From assembly GCA_002310095.1 (NCBI GenBank), contig DBYH01000018.1, positions 435-64,434 of the forward strand: DNA of 64,000 nt, written 5' to 3'. The notes beneath the pieces are model-generated. The model was not told where the DNA came from, did no database searches, and worked only from the letters and a program-made list of their open reading frames with translations. Numbering within the stretch: position 1 is the first letter of the stretch; the number at the start of each line of letters is the position of its first letter. The position numbers and the translations under genes were made by a program. The stretch is from Firmicutes bacterium UBA1191. GTDB lineage: Bacteria; Bacillota; Clostridia; Peptostreptococcales; Anaerovoracaceae. Below are positions 51,427 through 60,149 of this stretch, in pieces.

Positions 51427-52806
51427 ATGACAGAAGAATACATCTTAAAAATCGCGGAAAGAGAAGGAATTCCCATTGAGGAACTCGAGGAAAAGCTCCG
51501 CCATTTCGAATCCTTCGGCCTTGACGGGCAGGCGTTCAGAGCGTACCGCGGATGGGAACTCACCGATGACGAATGCCTCGTTCTGAAGGAAGAACTCGCG
51601 AAGAGAGAAGATGTCATCAGGAAAAAGCAGGAAGACATGGCCGCGATCATTTCCCGCAAGACCGGCATCGACAAGGAGGAGATCCTCGCGAAATACCACC
51701 TCGCGAAGGAATGCGGCTACAAATCCTACTGGTTCGCCATAGACGGAATCTACCTGCTGAGCGACGAGGAAATCAGAAACCACAAGAACATGCGCGACGT
51801 CGGATACGGTGAGGATCTGCAGGAAGAGAACGAGCAGAGGCTCAAGAAGCTGAGCAAGAAAATCCGCAACAAGACCGAATGGAACAAGGCGCAGTACAGG
51901 CTGGAATTTCTGAAAGCCAGGAACAACTGCGAGTGCGCGGCTGATGAGTACTCGGTCTACAGGATCTGGAAGAAGTCTCCGGAGGACGCGCGGGAGATGC
52001 TGACGGCCGGCATCAAACACAGAATCTGGTTCTGCAACGCTTCGACTTACGAAAAGAGCATACTGTTCCGGAACAAGGTGCTGTTCAGCGAGGCCTGCAG
52101 CGACTTCATGAACAGAGTCACTTTTGCGACGGACGGCCTGACATATGAGGATTTCACCGAAAAGATCAAGGGTCTGGACAAGATAGTTTACAAACTCGCC
52201 GAGGGTAACAAAGGAATCGGCTTCGAGAGTTTCGATGTGAACGGAAGCGAAGAACAGAACCGCGAAGTCTACGAGCATATCCGCGGTCTTGAACCCGGCA
52301 TAATAGAAGAGTACATACGCCAGCATCCGGCCATCGCGTCATTCTACCCTGACGCGGTCAACACCCTCCGTGTTGTAACGGCCATCGGATACGGCGAAGC
52401 GAAAGTCATAATGGCAGCCCTTCGAACGGGAACCGACGGAAGCATCGACAACTGGTCCCAGGGCGGCATCTCCGCCGGCGTTAACATCGAGACCGGAATA
52501 ATTGAAACAGAAGGCGTGGACTACAACGGCAAAAAGCACGCGATCCATCCGATCGGCGGCGTGGTGTTCAGAGGCTTCCGTATTCCTGACTGGAATGAAG
52601 TCGTATCATGCTGCTGCAAAGCCGCCGAGAGATTCCCGGATTTTCCGTTCATCGGCTGGGACGTCTCAGTGCTTGAGGACGGCAGAGTCGCACTTATCGA
52701 AGGCAACCCTGATTTTGGCATCAAGGCTATTCAGACGCCGTACGCGAGAGCGGGCGTCGGCCTGAGAGACCGTGTTGAGCAATACATAGAATTGGCGAAA
52801 GGATAA
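51427..52806 (+). CDS. ATP-grasp protein (sugar-transfer-associated ATP-grasp-like)
   Basis: NKVLF, IIEEYIRQH, AVNTLRVVT, IDNWSQGG, HPIGG, FIGWDV, LIEGN. Confidence 0.78.
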   Translation: MTEEYILKIAEREGIPIEELEEKLRHFESFGLDGQAFRAYRGWELTDDECLVLKEELAKREDVIRKKQEDMAAIISRKTGIDKEEILAKYHLAKECGYKSYWFAIDGIYLLSDEEIRNHKNMRDVGYGEDLQEENEQRLKKLSKKIRNKTEWNKAQYRLEFLKARNNCECAADEYSVYRIWKKSPEDAREMLTAGIKHRIWFCNASTYEKSILFRNKVLFSEACSDFMNRVTFATDGLTYEDFTEKIKGLDKIVYKLAEGNKGIGFESFDVNGSEEQNREVYEHIRGLEPGIIEEYIRQHPAIASFYPDAVNTLRVVTAIGYGEAKVIMAALRTGTDGSIDNWSQGGISAGVNIETGIIETEGVDYNGKKHAIHPIGGVVFRGFRIPDWNEVVSCCCKAAERFPDFPFIGWDVSVLEDGRVALIEGNPDFGIKAIQTPYARAGVGLRDRVEQYIELAKG

Positions 52807-52809
52807 ATC

Positions 52810-54546
52810 ATGAATTACAGAGAAGAATACAACCGCTGGCTGGTCAGCGACCTGGTCGACGAGGCCACCAAAGAAGAACTCCGCGGGATCGCGGGTGACG
52901 AAAAAGAAATCGAGGGCCGCTTCAGCAAGCTGCTCGACTTTGGAACAGCCGGCCTACGCGGCATCATGTGCGCGGGCCTCTTCGGCATGAACGTCTACAC
53001 GGTCCGCTACGCGACCCAGGGCCTGGCCAACCTGATCAACAGCAGCGACGAACCTGGCAAAAGCGGCGTAACCATCGCCCACGATTCCAGAAACAACTCA
53101 GACCTCTTCGCGCGCGAGGCTGCGGGCGTGCTTGCCGCCAACGGCATCCACGTCTACTTCTTCGAGAGCCTGCGTCCGACGCCGGAGCTGTCCTTCGCCC
53201 TGCGCGAGACCGACTCCATAGCGGGCATCAACATCACCGCCAGCCACAACCCGAAGGAGTACAACGGCTACAAAGTCTACTGGGCCGACGGCGCCCAGCT
53301 CCCGCCTGAGCACGCGGCGGAAGTCGCTGAGTCCATGAAGCGAAGCGACATATTTGATGACGTGAAGACCATGGATTTCGCGAAGGCAGCCTCAGACGGT
53401 TTCATCACCATCATCGGCGATGAGATAGACGAGAAATATCTTTCGAACGTACTCTCACAGTCCGCAAGCGCCGAATCCGTTCGCGCGGCGGCGGACTTCA
53501 AACTCATATACACGCCGCTTCACGGCACGGGTTACAAACTGGTGCCGGAAGTACTGAAGCGCCTCGGCGCAAAGAACATCATCACGGTTCCGGAGCAGAT
53601 GATCATCGACGGTAACTTCCCGACAGTCGCCTCTCCGAACCCTGACAACATCGGCACCTTCGGACTCGCCATCGATCTCGCGAAGGCAAACGACGCCAAT
53701 CTGATCATCGGCACTGACCCTGACGGCGACCGCTGCGGCGCTGTCGTCAGAAACGGCGATGAGTTTGTCATGCTGAGCGGAAACCAGATAGGCGTGCTGC
53801 TTCTCGACTACCTGATCCAGGCGAAGAAAGAGGCCGGCGCTCTGGCTCCGAACGCGGCGGCGGTAAAGAGCGTCGTCTCGACTCCGATGGCAAACGTCAT
53901 CTGTGATGAGAACGATGTGACGATGATCGAAGTTCTCACCGGTTTCAAGTACATCGGCGAGAAGATCAAGGAGTGGGAAGCAAACGGCGAGCACACTTAC
54001 CTCTTCGGTTTCGAAGAGAGCAACGGCTACCTGGCAGGAACCTACGCCCGCGACAAGGACGCCGTGGTCGCGTCGATGCTCCTCTATGAGATGGCCTGCT
54101 ACTACTCGCTGAAGGGTCTCACACTCTACGAGGTGCTGCAGGAGATGTATAAAAAATACGGCTTCTTCAAGGAAGAAGTCATATCCATACAGTTCGAAGG
54201 CTTCGACGCCCAGGATAAGATGGCTGCGGTCATGAAGGACCTGAGGGCAAACCCGCCTGCCGAGATCGGCTACCCGATCGAATTCATCCGCGACTACGCC
54301 AGCGGAGTTGTGACGGTAGTCCTGCCTGCATGCGGCGCCGCTCCCGGAGACACCTATCCGACCGGTCTGCCATCCGCGAACATGCTCTTTTACGAGCTGA
54401 CCGGCGGCTCCAAGGCAGTCGTCCGTCCTTCCGGTACCGAGCCAAAAGTTAAACTGTACCTCATGGCCCAGGGTTCCGACGCCGCCTCAGCAGGCGCCGC
54501 CCTCGACGCAATCCGTTCAGCTTTGACCGATATCGTAAAGGCATAA
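52810..54546 (+). CDS. pgm: Phosphoglucomutase / phospho-sugar mutase
   Basis: FGTAGLRG, TASHNP, TDPDGDR, GFEESNG, RPSGTEPK. Confidence 0.95.
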   Translation: MNYREEYNRWLVSDLVDEATKEELRGIAGDEKEIEGRFSKLLDFGTAGLRGIMCAGLFGMNVYTVRYATQGLANLINSSDEPGKSGVTIAHDSRNNSDLFAREAAGVLAANGIHVYFFESLRPTPELSFALRETDSIAGINITASHNPKEYNGYKVYWADGAQLPPEHAAEVAESMKRSDIFDDVKTMDFAKAASDGFITIIGDEIDEKYLSNVLSQSASAESVRAAADFKLIYTPLHGTGYKLVPEVLKRLGAKNIITVPEQMIIDGNFPTVASPNPDNIGTFGLAIDLAKANDANLIIGTDPDGDRCGAVVRNGDEFVMLSGNQIGVLLLDYLIQAKKEAGALAPNAAAVKSVVSTPMANVICDENDVTMIEVLTGFKYIGEKIKEWEANGEHTYLFGFEESNGYLAGTYARDKDAVVASMLLYEMACYYSLKGLTLYEVLQEMYKKYGFFKEEVISIQFEGFDAQDKMAAVMKDLRANPPAEIGYPIEFIRDYASGVVTVVLPACGAAPGDTYPTGLPSANMLFYELTGGSKAVVRPSGTEPKVKLYLMAQGSDAASAGAALDAIRSALTDIVKA

Positions 54547-54549
54547 TTA

Positions 54550-56142
54550 TTACAGTTTTGAAGTCAGCCGCCAACACCAGTTGCCCCCGACAGTGCCGGG
54601 TATGTTGGTTCTGGCTTCACTGCCCAAATGCAGGTAATCCTGCAGAGGAATAATGCAAAGATCAGCCCTGCTCGTCAGGGCTTTTTCTATTAGAGCGTCG
54701 CAGACGGTCTCGGCGAGACTTGAATCAACGGCACCGGCCCGCTCAATCCCCAGGTATCTCAGAACCGGTTCCTGCTTCCAGTCTTCAAGACCCTCGAACC
54801 AGCCGACAGTGGTGTCGTTGTCGTGGGTGCCCGTGTAGACGACGCAGTTTTCAGGATAGTTTTCCGGCAGGTATATGTTTCCCGGGTCGCCGTCGAAGCC
54901 GAACTGAAGCACTTTCGTCCCGGGAAAGCCGCTCTCCTGCAAAAGCAGTCTTACTTCTTCGGTCAGGAATCCCAGATCCTCCGCGATGAAACGGTCGCGG
55001 AGCAGGTCTGCGGCATCTGTGTCGCCCTGTCCGTCCGTTTCCGCAGCTATTGCTTCCGCCAGCGCGTTGAACAGTTCCATCCCCGGGCCCTTTTTCCACT
55101 CGCCATTAATCGCGTTCTCAGCGTCGGCCGGCACGGCGTAATAAGACTCGAATCCCCGGAAGTGATCCAGGCGGATCACATCGTACATGCGGAAGCTCTG
55201 CCTCATGCGCCTGATCCACCACCCGTAACCATCGGCGCGCATCTTGTCCCAGTCGTACAGAGGGTTTCCCCAAAGCTGCCCCTCAGCCGTGAAGGCGTCA
55301 GGCGGAACCCCGGCCACAAGCAAAGATCTCAGCTCCCCGTCCAGCTGAAACTGTCCGGGATTCGCCCAGCAGTCGGCGCTGTCATAGGAAACATAAATCG
55401 GCATGTCGCCTATTATCTTTACACCGGCCGTGTTGGCGTAGGCTTTCAGCGCCGCCCACTGCCGGTAGAATTCAAACTGTGTCCATTTATAGAAACCGAT
55501 TCCGTCAGCGCACTCAGCACGGGCCTCATCCATGGCCCAGGCTTCCCGCCTTTGGAGCGCTTCAGGCCATTCGTCCCAGCTCAGCTCCCGCCCGAATCTT
55601 TCGCGCAGGGCCATGAACAAAGCGTAGTCGTCAAGCCACTCTTCATTGTCGTCGCAGAATTCGCGGAATTCCCTGGAACCTGTAACTACAGAGGCTCCCT
55701 CAACCGCGCTGTCAAAACGATGATATGCCGTCCGCAGCATTTCCATCCGCCCGTCGTACAGTCCCTCATAATCCACACGTCCGGCGTCGGGATCGGCATC
55801 TTCAACCGCGTCACTCCCGGCTCTGCCATAATCCGCGCCCGCGCCGGCTGCCGCTTCCTCCTCACTGAGCAGTCCCTGCGCAATCAGGTCGCACGGATCA
55901 ATAAAATAGGCGTTGCCGGCGAAACTCGACAGAGGCTGGTACGGCGAGTCGCCGCAGCCCGTCGGATTCAGCGGCAGCACCTGCCAGTACTCGTGTCCCG
56001 TGTCCGCGAGCCAGTCCACGAAGCGGTAAGCCTCTTCAGAAATACAGCCGATTCCGTACTTCGACGGCAACGAAAACAAAGGCATCAAAACGCCTTTGCT
56101 CTTACCATTCAGTCTGTTTTTGCTTAATAAGTCGCTTGCCAT
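54550..56142 (-). CDS. malQ: 4-alpha-glucanotransferase (GH77 amylomaltase)
   Basis: WQVLPLNP, SPYQPLS, GDMPIYV, GQLWGNP, RLDHFRGF, IAEDLG, YTGTHDN. Start uncertain (56142-56151). Confidence 0.94.
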   Translation of the reverse strand: MASDLLSKNRLNGKSKGVLMPLFSLPSKYGIGCISEEAYRFVDWLADTGHEYWQVLPLNPTGCGDSPYQPLSSFAGNAYFIDPCDLIAQGLLSEEEAAAGAGADYGRAGSDAVEDADPDAGRVDYEGLYDGRMEMLRTAYHRFDSAVEGASVVTGSREFREFCDDNEEWLDDYALFMALRERFGRELSWDEWPEALQRREAWAMDEARAECADGIGFYKWTQFEFYRQWAALKAYANTAGVKIIGDMPIYVSYDSADCWANPGQFQLDGELRSLLVAGVPPDAFTAEGQLWGNPLYDWDKMRADGYGWWIRRMRQSFRMYDVIRLDHFRGFESYYAVPADAENAINGEWKKGPGMELFNALAEAIAAETDGQGDTDAADLLRDRFIAEDLGFLTEEVRLLLQESGFPGTKVLQFGFDGDPGNIYLPENYPENCVVYTGTHDNDTTVGWFEGLEDWKQEPVLRYLGIERAGAVDSSLAETVCDALIEKALTSRADLCIIPLQDYLHLGSEARTNIPGTVGGNWCWRLTSKL

Positions 56143-56255
56143 CAAAGTCACTCTCCTGTCGTTATTTTATCATTTTTTTGCATAAAACTCTATGTTATGG
56201 CGCTCCTTTGTTGTATAATATTCAGGTAATTATTGTTTAAGGAGGTAACAAGAGA

Positions 56256-57296
56256 ATGAATAGAAAACATTTAATCCTGACTCTTGCATCTATATTGACC
56301 GTCGTTCTGATGATGGTCCTGATGGCCGGCTGCGGCGGATCGTCCGAGGAGCCTGAGACTTCAACTGAAGCTCTGACGACAAGCGAAGAGGAAGCCACGA
56401 CTGAAGCCGAATCGACCACAGAAGCAGCGGAGACGACCACCACTACCGCGGCGGCGGCAACAACTACCGAGGCCGTTTCAATCAAAGCCGTCACCGAGAC
56501 TGTATGGGCTGTGTCAGACGTCAACGTAAGATCTGACTCCAACGTGGACGCCCAGAAGGTCGGAATGATCAAGAAGGGTGACAAGATCAAGCGTACCGGC
56601 ATACTGAGCAACGGCTGGAGCCGGGTCGACTACAACGGCAAAGACATGTACGTCTCGTCAAAATATCTGACGACGAAGAATCCGAAGCCGACTACTACGA
56701 CCACAAAGGCTACCGAGACCAAGACTAAGACTAAGACTACAACTAAGGCAACTGAGACCAAGACTAAGACTAAGACCAAGACTACAACTAAGGCAACCGA
56801 GACCAAGACTAAGACTAAGACTACAACTAAGGCAACGACTGCCGCTCCTACTACCACAGAGGCGACCACTACTGAACCGACTACCACAGAGCCGACTACT
56901 GCCGAGCCGACTACAACCGAGCCGACCACTACCGAGCCGACTACTACGGAGCCAACCACTACCGAAGCAAAGACTGTCACCGACCAGGGTGTCTGCACCG
57001 ACTTCAACACAGACAAGAAGACAATCACTCTGGACGACAAGAACACCTACGACATCAAGAACGCAAAGGTCGATGTAAAACCGGACGAAGCTCTCCAGAA
57101 TGTAGTTGGTGTTGAGTACTACGACGGAACTGATGAAGCGGTTCACGTTTATCTGGTTCCTGTTGACAAGGCCATCGGAGGCGAGGCATCGTCAGCCGGC
57201 GGCGGCGCAACTAAGATAGCGATCATCCTCGCGCTCATCGCGATAGCAATCGCAGTCGTAATCGTAGTTGCACGCAACAGACGCAAGAACGCGTAA
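56256..57296 (+). CDS. SH3-domain surface lipoprotein with Thr-rich repeats and C-terminal membrane anchor
   Basis: Lipobox LMAG-C, bacterial SH3 (VNVRS...GWSRVDYNGKDMYVSSKYL), Thr/Lys and TTTEP repeats, C-terminal TM helix followed by RNRRK. Confidence 0.8.
   Translation: MNRKHLILTLASILTVVLMMVLMAGCGGSSEEPETSTEALTTSEEEATTEAESTTEAAETTTTTAAAATTTEAVSIKAVTETVWAVSDVNVRSDSNVDAQKVGMIKKGDKIKRTGILSNGWSRVDYNGKDMYVSSKYLTTKNPKPTTTTTKATETKTKTKTTTKATETKTKTKTKTTTKATETKTKTKTTTKATTAAPTTTEATTTEPTTTEPTTAEPTTTEPTTTEPTTTEPTTTEAKTVTDQGVCTDFNTDKKTITLDDKNTYDIKNAKVDVKPDEALQNVVGVEYYDGTDEAVHVYLVPVDKAIGGEASSAGGGATKIAIILALIAIAIAVVIVVARNRRKNA
56697..56969 (+). repeat. In-frame coding tandem repeats
   Basis: Three 39/45/39-bp units (TTTKATETKTKTK[TK]) built on AAGACT hexamers, then eight 15-bp units (TTTEP/TTTEA/TTAEP) at 56850-56969. 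Confidence 0.9.
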
Positions 57297-57321
57297 ACGC
57301 TTAAAGCAAAAGCAGATCAAC

Positions 57322-57350
57322 AAATCCCGGACCTGGCGGTCCGGGATTTT
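57322..57350. terminator. Bidirectional intrinsic terminator
   Basis: AAATCCCGGACC-TGGC-GGTCCGGGATTT perfect stem between convergent genes. Confidence 0.85.
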
Positions 57351-57382
57351 CATATGCTTGTTATTGCTTTTGCCTGTGATAT

Positions 57383-60025
57383 TTAGTGCGGATCGTGATG
57401 AATCTTTTCAGTCTCCATGACCCTGTTCAGCACATCGCAAAGCATTCCGTAGTAGTAGTATTCTTCAGAACTGATGTCCTTCTGGGTGACTTCGAGACCG
57501 CTGAGACCCACCTTGATAGGCAGGTGACCGGCCGCTGTCGAGAGGAAATTGCCGTCCTCGTCGTACCAGTCATAGAGGAATGTGATTACATTACTTGTCT
57601 TGAACTGCTTGAGTCCTCTCGGCACTCCCGTCGCGTCCTTGACGTTGGAGTCCTGGGAATCCTCGTCGGCAGGAAGGTATCCTTTGATGACTCCCTCGCC
57701 TTCAACGTCTCCTTCGTTTACCCACTCGATGTAGATTTTGATCGGCGTCATGAAGTTCAGGGTCGCGTCCACCGTTCCCGTGTAGACGACTCTGCCGTTG
57801 CCCTCATCTCTCGGAGTCCCCGGATGCAAAGCTACCACGACGCCGTTTATGGCCACCCATGTATCATCGAACTCGACCATGTAGTGACCCTTGTCGTCAA
57901 GGTCGTAGACGTTATCGCTGCCCAGATCCACAAACCTGTGACCCACCTTCATCCTCAGGCCCTGTTCGTATCCTGTAATCGTCTCCCACTCCTTGTTCGT
58001 CAGTATTATCGCGTACTCATGACCCACCTTCTTCAGCGGAATGTTCTGCCTGTAAAGGGAAATGTCGTAATTCGCAAAGCCTCTCATATACCATGGCTCA
58101 TACTCGTATTCATAGGACTTTTCCTTGTTGTCAGGGCCTTTCTGGCTGCAGATGATGCTGGCGAAGTCGTTGTAGACCTTCCTCTCAGACCTCATATTCA
58201 GCTCAGTCAGAGTCTCGTAGGCACTGGTGTATCCGTCGATGTCATCGTACGGCATATAGACGGCCAGGCCATTTATGTGGCTGGCTGTCGCTGCGTTGCG
58301 TACAGCAATTGCCGGGGTTATTCTGCTTAAAAGCTCCGTCCTCTCCTCGTCGGTGATGTCGCTCTGGTCTATGAAATCGATTAGATCGATCTGATCCTCC
58401 TGCTGGAATTCGTAGGCCTTGTAGCGGGCCGTCGACATGTTCGCGAAACTGCTTTTGTCAGCCTTGAAGTTTCTGTCGAGTCCCCGCAGATATCCGATGA
58501 ACGCGTCTGCCGCTTCAGGCATGAGGCGCAGGTCCGTCATGGACATGGTGCTGCCCGCCTGAGCCGCGGCGTCGAGAATTTTGAGTGACTGATCGTAGGA
58601 CGAGCACATCATGGCGCCGAATTCGACAGAATCCAGCGACGGATTCTTCACCAGTTCCGAGAAGGCAGCAGTGTAGTACATTCCCGTGTGCGGCTCGCTC
58701 TCCTCTGAAGCCAGCAGGTAGTCCGCGTACGGTTCCATGGCGAGTCCCACTTCCATCGTCTGCATGAGGCACGCGTCGAAACCGATCACGTCGTACTTGC
58801 CTCCTGCTTCCTTTAGGGCTTCCTCTATCTCATATAGGGAGAGCATTTTCCGGCCCTCTCGCGGATTGAGCGTATCCGCGCCGTAGCCCGACAGACCGCC
58901 GCCGTGATCCCAGAACCACAGCATTCTGCGTTCGCTCGGATAATTCTCGTTTGCCCATTTGAGGAAGTTTTCAAGGGTCTTCTCTTTCGACATACACGTG
59001 TTGTCAGGCAAAGTCTGCAGCAGGGTTACCACGCCGTCTTTTATCTTGTAGCGGGCCGTCCTCCTATCTTTGAATCCGTCCGTGAACCACCGTCCGGTGC
59101 CGCCCGCTTCTATTATGAATTTAAGATTGCTCCCGGCAGCTGTGGCTTCTTTGATCTGAGCCAGATTTATCGACGCCGAGCCGGTTGCGTCTTCAAGATT
59201 CGAACCGATAAGATACATGTAGACCGTCGTTTCGCTCACGTCGGACTTATCCGGGAAGAACAGGTCGCGCGCGCCTGCCTTTGCATCCGCCGTGACCGCG
59301 CTGTCAGCAGTGAACTCGCCGGCCTTTCCTTCCGTGCCGGCCGCCGGGTAAATCACCTTGCCGTCACCGTTCACCTTGCCGGAAGTCTTTTCGTAGATGC
59401 TGTTCAGTTTATGTTTGACCATAAATCCGGGCTGCTGCTCCGTCATCATTACATAACCTATGTAACCAACGGACGCGAAAAGAATAACCAGGGCGGAAAC
59501 CGTGCTCAGAATTCTGTTTGTCAGAGTGCGGTTATTCCTGGTGTACTCCTTGAGCTCTTTGCGCTGCATCGCCGCGAGATCCGCGTGGAACGTATCCTTC
59601 GAGAACGCCAGCATTCCCAGGAAAACCGGGTTCAGGAAGAGCAGTCCCATCAGATAACCGATGTCGTGCCCGAACGTAAAAGCAAGATGCTTATACTGCA
59701 GCACCGTGATCAGAATGATGCAGACCAGTGATATCACCGTCATGCGTGACTTGACGTAGGTCGGGATCGGCAGATAGATATTCATGTAGGCGGTCAGCTG
59801 AACGGCCAGTCCGGCGGCCACCGCCAGAATGAGCAGCACCACGAACGGCCACGTCTTCCAGGTTTTTTTGAAGACGAGGTAATCGCTGACGACCGGAATC
59901 AGACACAGCCACTTTCTGATGCTCAGCTTTCCGAAAATCCGCCAGCGGCACACGATCCTGAACAGTATGAGGATCCCTACAAGGACCGGTATGAAATTGT
60001 AAAACGCGTGAGAATAAAAGAACAT
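57383..60025 (-). CDS. Membrane-anchored clostripain-related (C11) cysteine peptidase
   Basis: YLIGSNLE, His motif WDHGGG, Cys motif GFDACLM, LASEESEP. N-terminal multi-TM domain. Start set at ATG 60025. Confidence 0.82.
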   Translation of the reverse strand: MFFYSHAFYNFIPVLVGILILFRIVCRWRIFGKLSIRKWLCLIPVVSDYLVFKKTWKTWPFVVLLILAVAAGLAVQLTAYMNIYLPIPTYVKSRMTVISLVCIILITVLQYKHLAFTFGHDIGYLMGLLFLNPVFLGMLAFSKDTFHADLAAMQRKELKEYTRNNRTLTNRILSTVSALVILFASVGYIGYVMMTEQQPGFMVKHKLNSIYEKTSGKVNGDGKVIYPAAGTEGKAGEFTADSAVTADAKAGARDLFFPDKSDVSETTVYMYLIGSNLEDATGSASINLAQIKEATAAGSNLKFIIEAGGTGRWFTDGFKDRRTARYKIKDGVVTLLQTLPDNTCMSKEKTLENFLKWANENYPSERRMLWFWDHGGGLSGYGADTLNPREGRKMLSLYEIEEALKEAGGKYDVIGFDACLMQTMEVGLAMEPYADYLLASEESEPHTGMYYTAAFSELVKNPSLDSVEFGAMMCSSYDQSLKILDAAAQAGSTMSMTDLRLMPEAADAFIGYLRGLDRNFKADKSSFANMSTARYKAYEFQQEDQIDLIDFIDQSDITDEERTELLSRITPAIAVRNAATASHINGLAVYMPYDDIDGYTSAYETLTELNMRSERKVYNDFASIICSQKGPDNKEKSYEYEYEPWYMRGFANYDISLYRQNIPLKKVGHEYAIILTNKEWETITGYEQGLRMKVGHRFVDLGSDNVYDLDDKGHYMVEFDDTWVAINGVVVALHPGTPRDEGNGRVVYTGTVDATLNFMTPIKIYIEWVNEGDVEGEGVIKGYLPADEDSQDSNVKDATGVPRGLKQFKTSNVITFLYDWYDEDGNFLSTAAGHLPIKVGLSGLEVTQKDISSEEYYYYGMLCDVLNRVMETEKIHHDPH

Positions 60026-60149
60026 TTCTGCCTCGCCTTGTGGTGCTTTTTCCCTTCTTGTGTCATAATACATTAATAGAAACAAATTCGCAATATTATG
60101 CAAAGGCAGGCCGGCTGAGATGACCTGCTTTTGCCTGAAAGGACTTGCA

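Noticed and set aside
56697-56969. Tandem repeats as a CRISPR array
   Set aside because: The repeats are contiguous, in-frame and coding, with no unique spacers and no cas genes.
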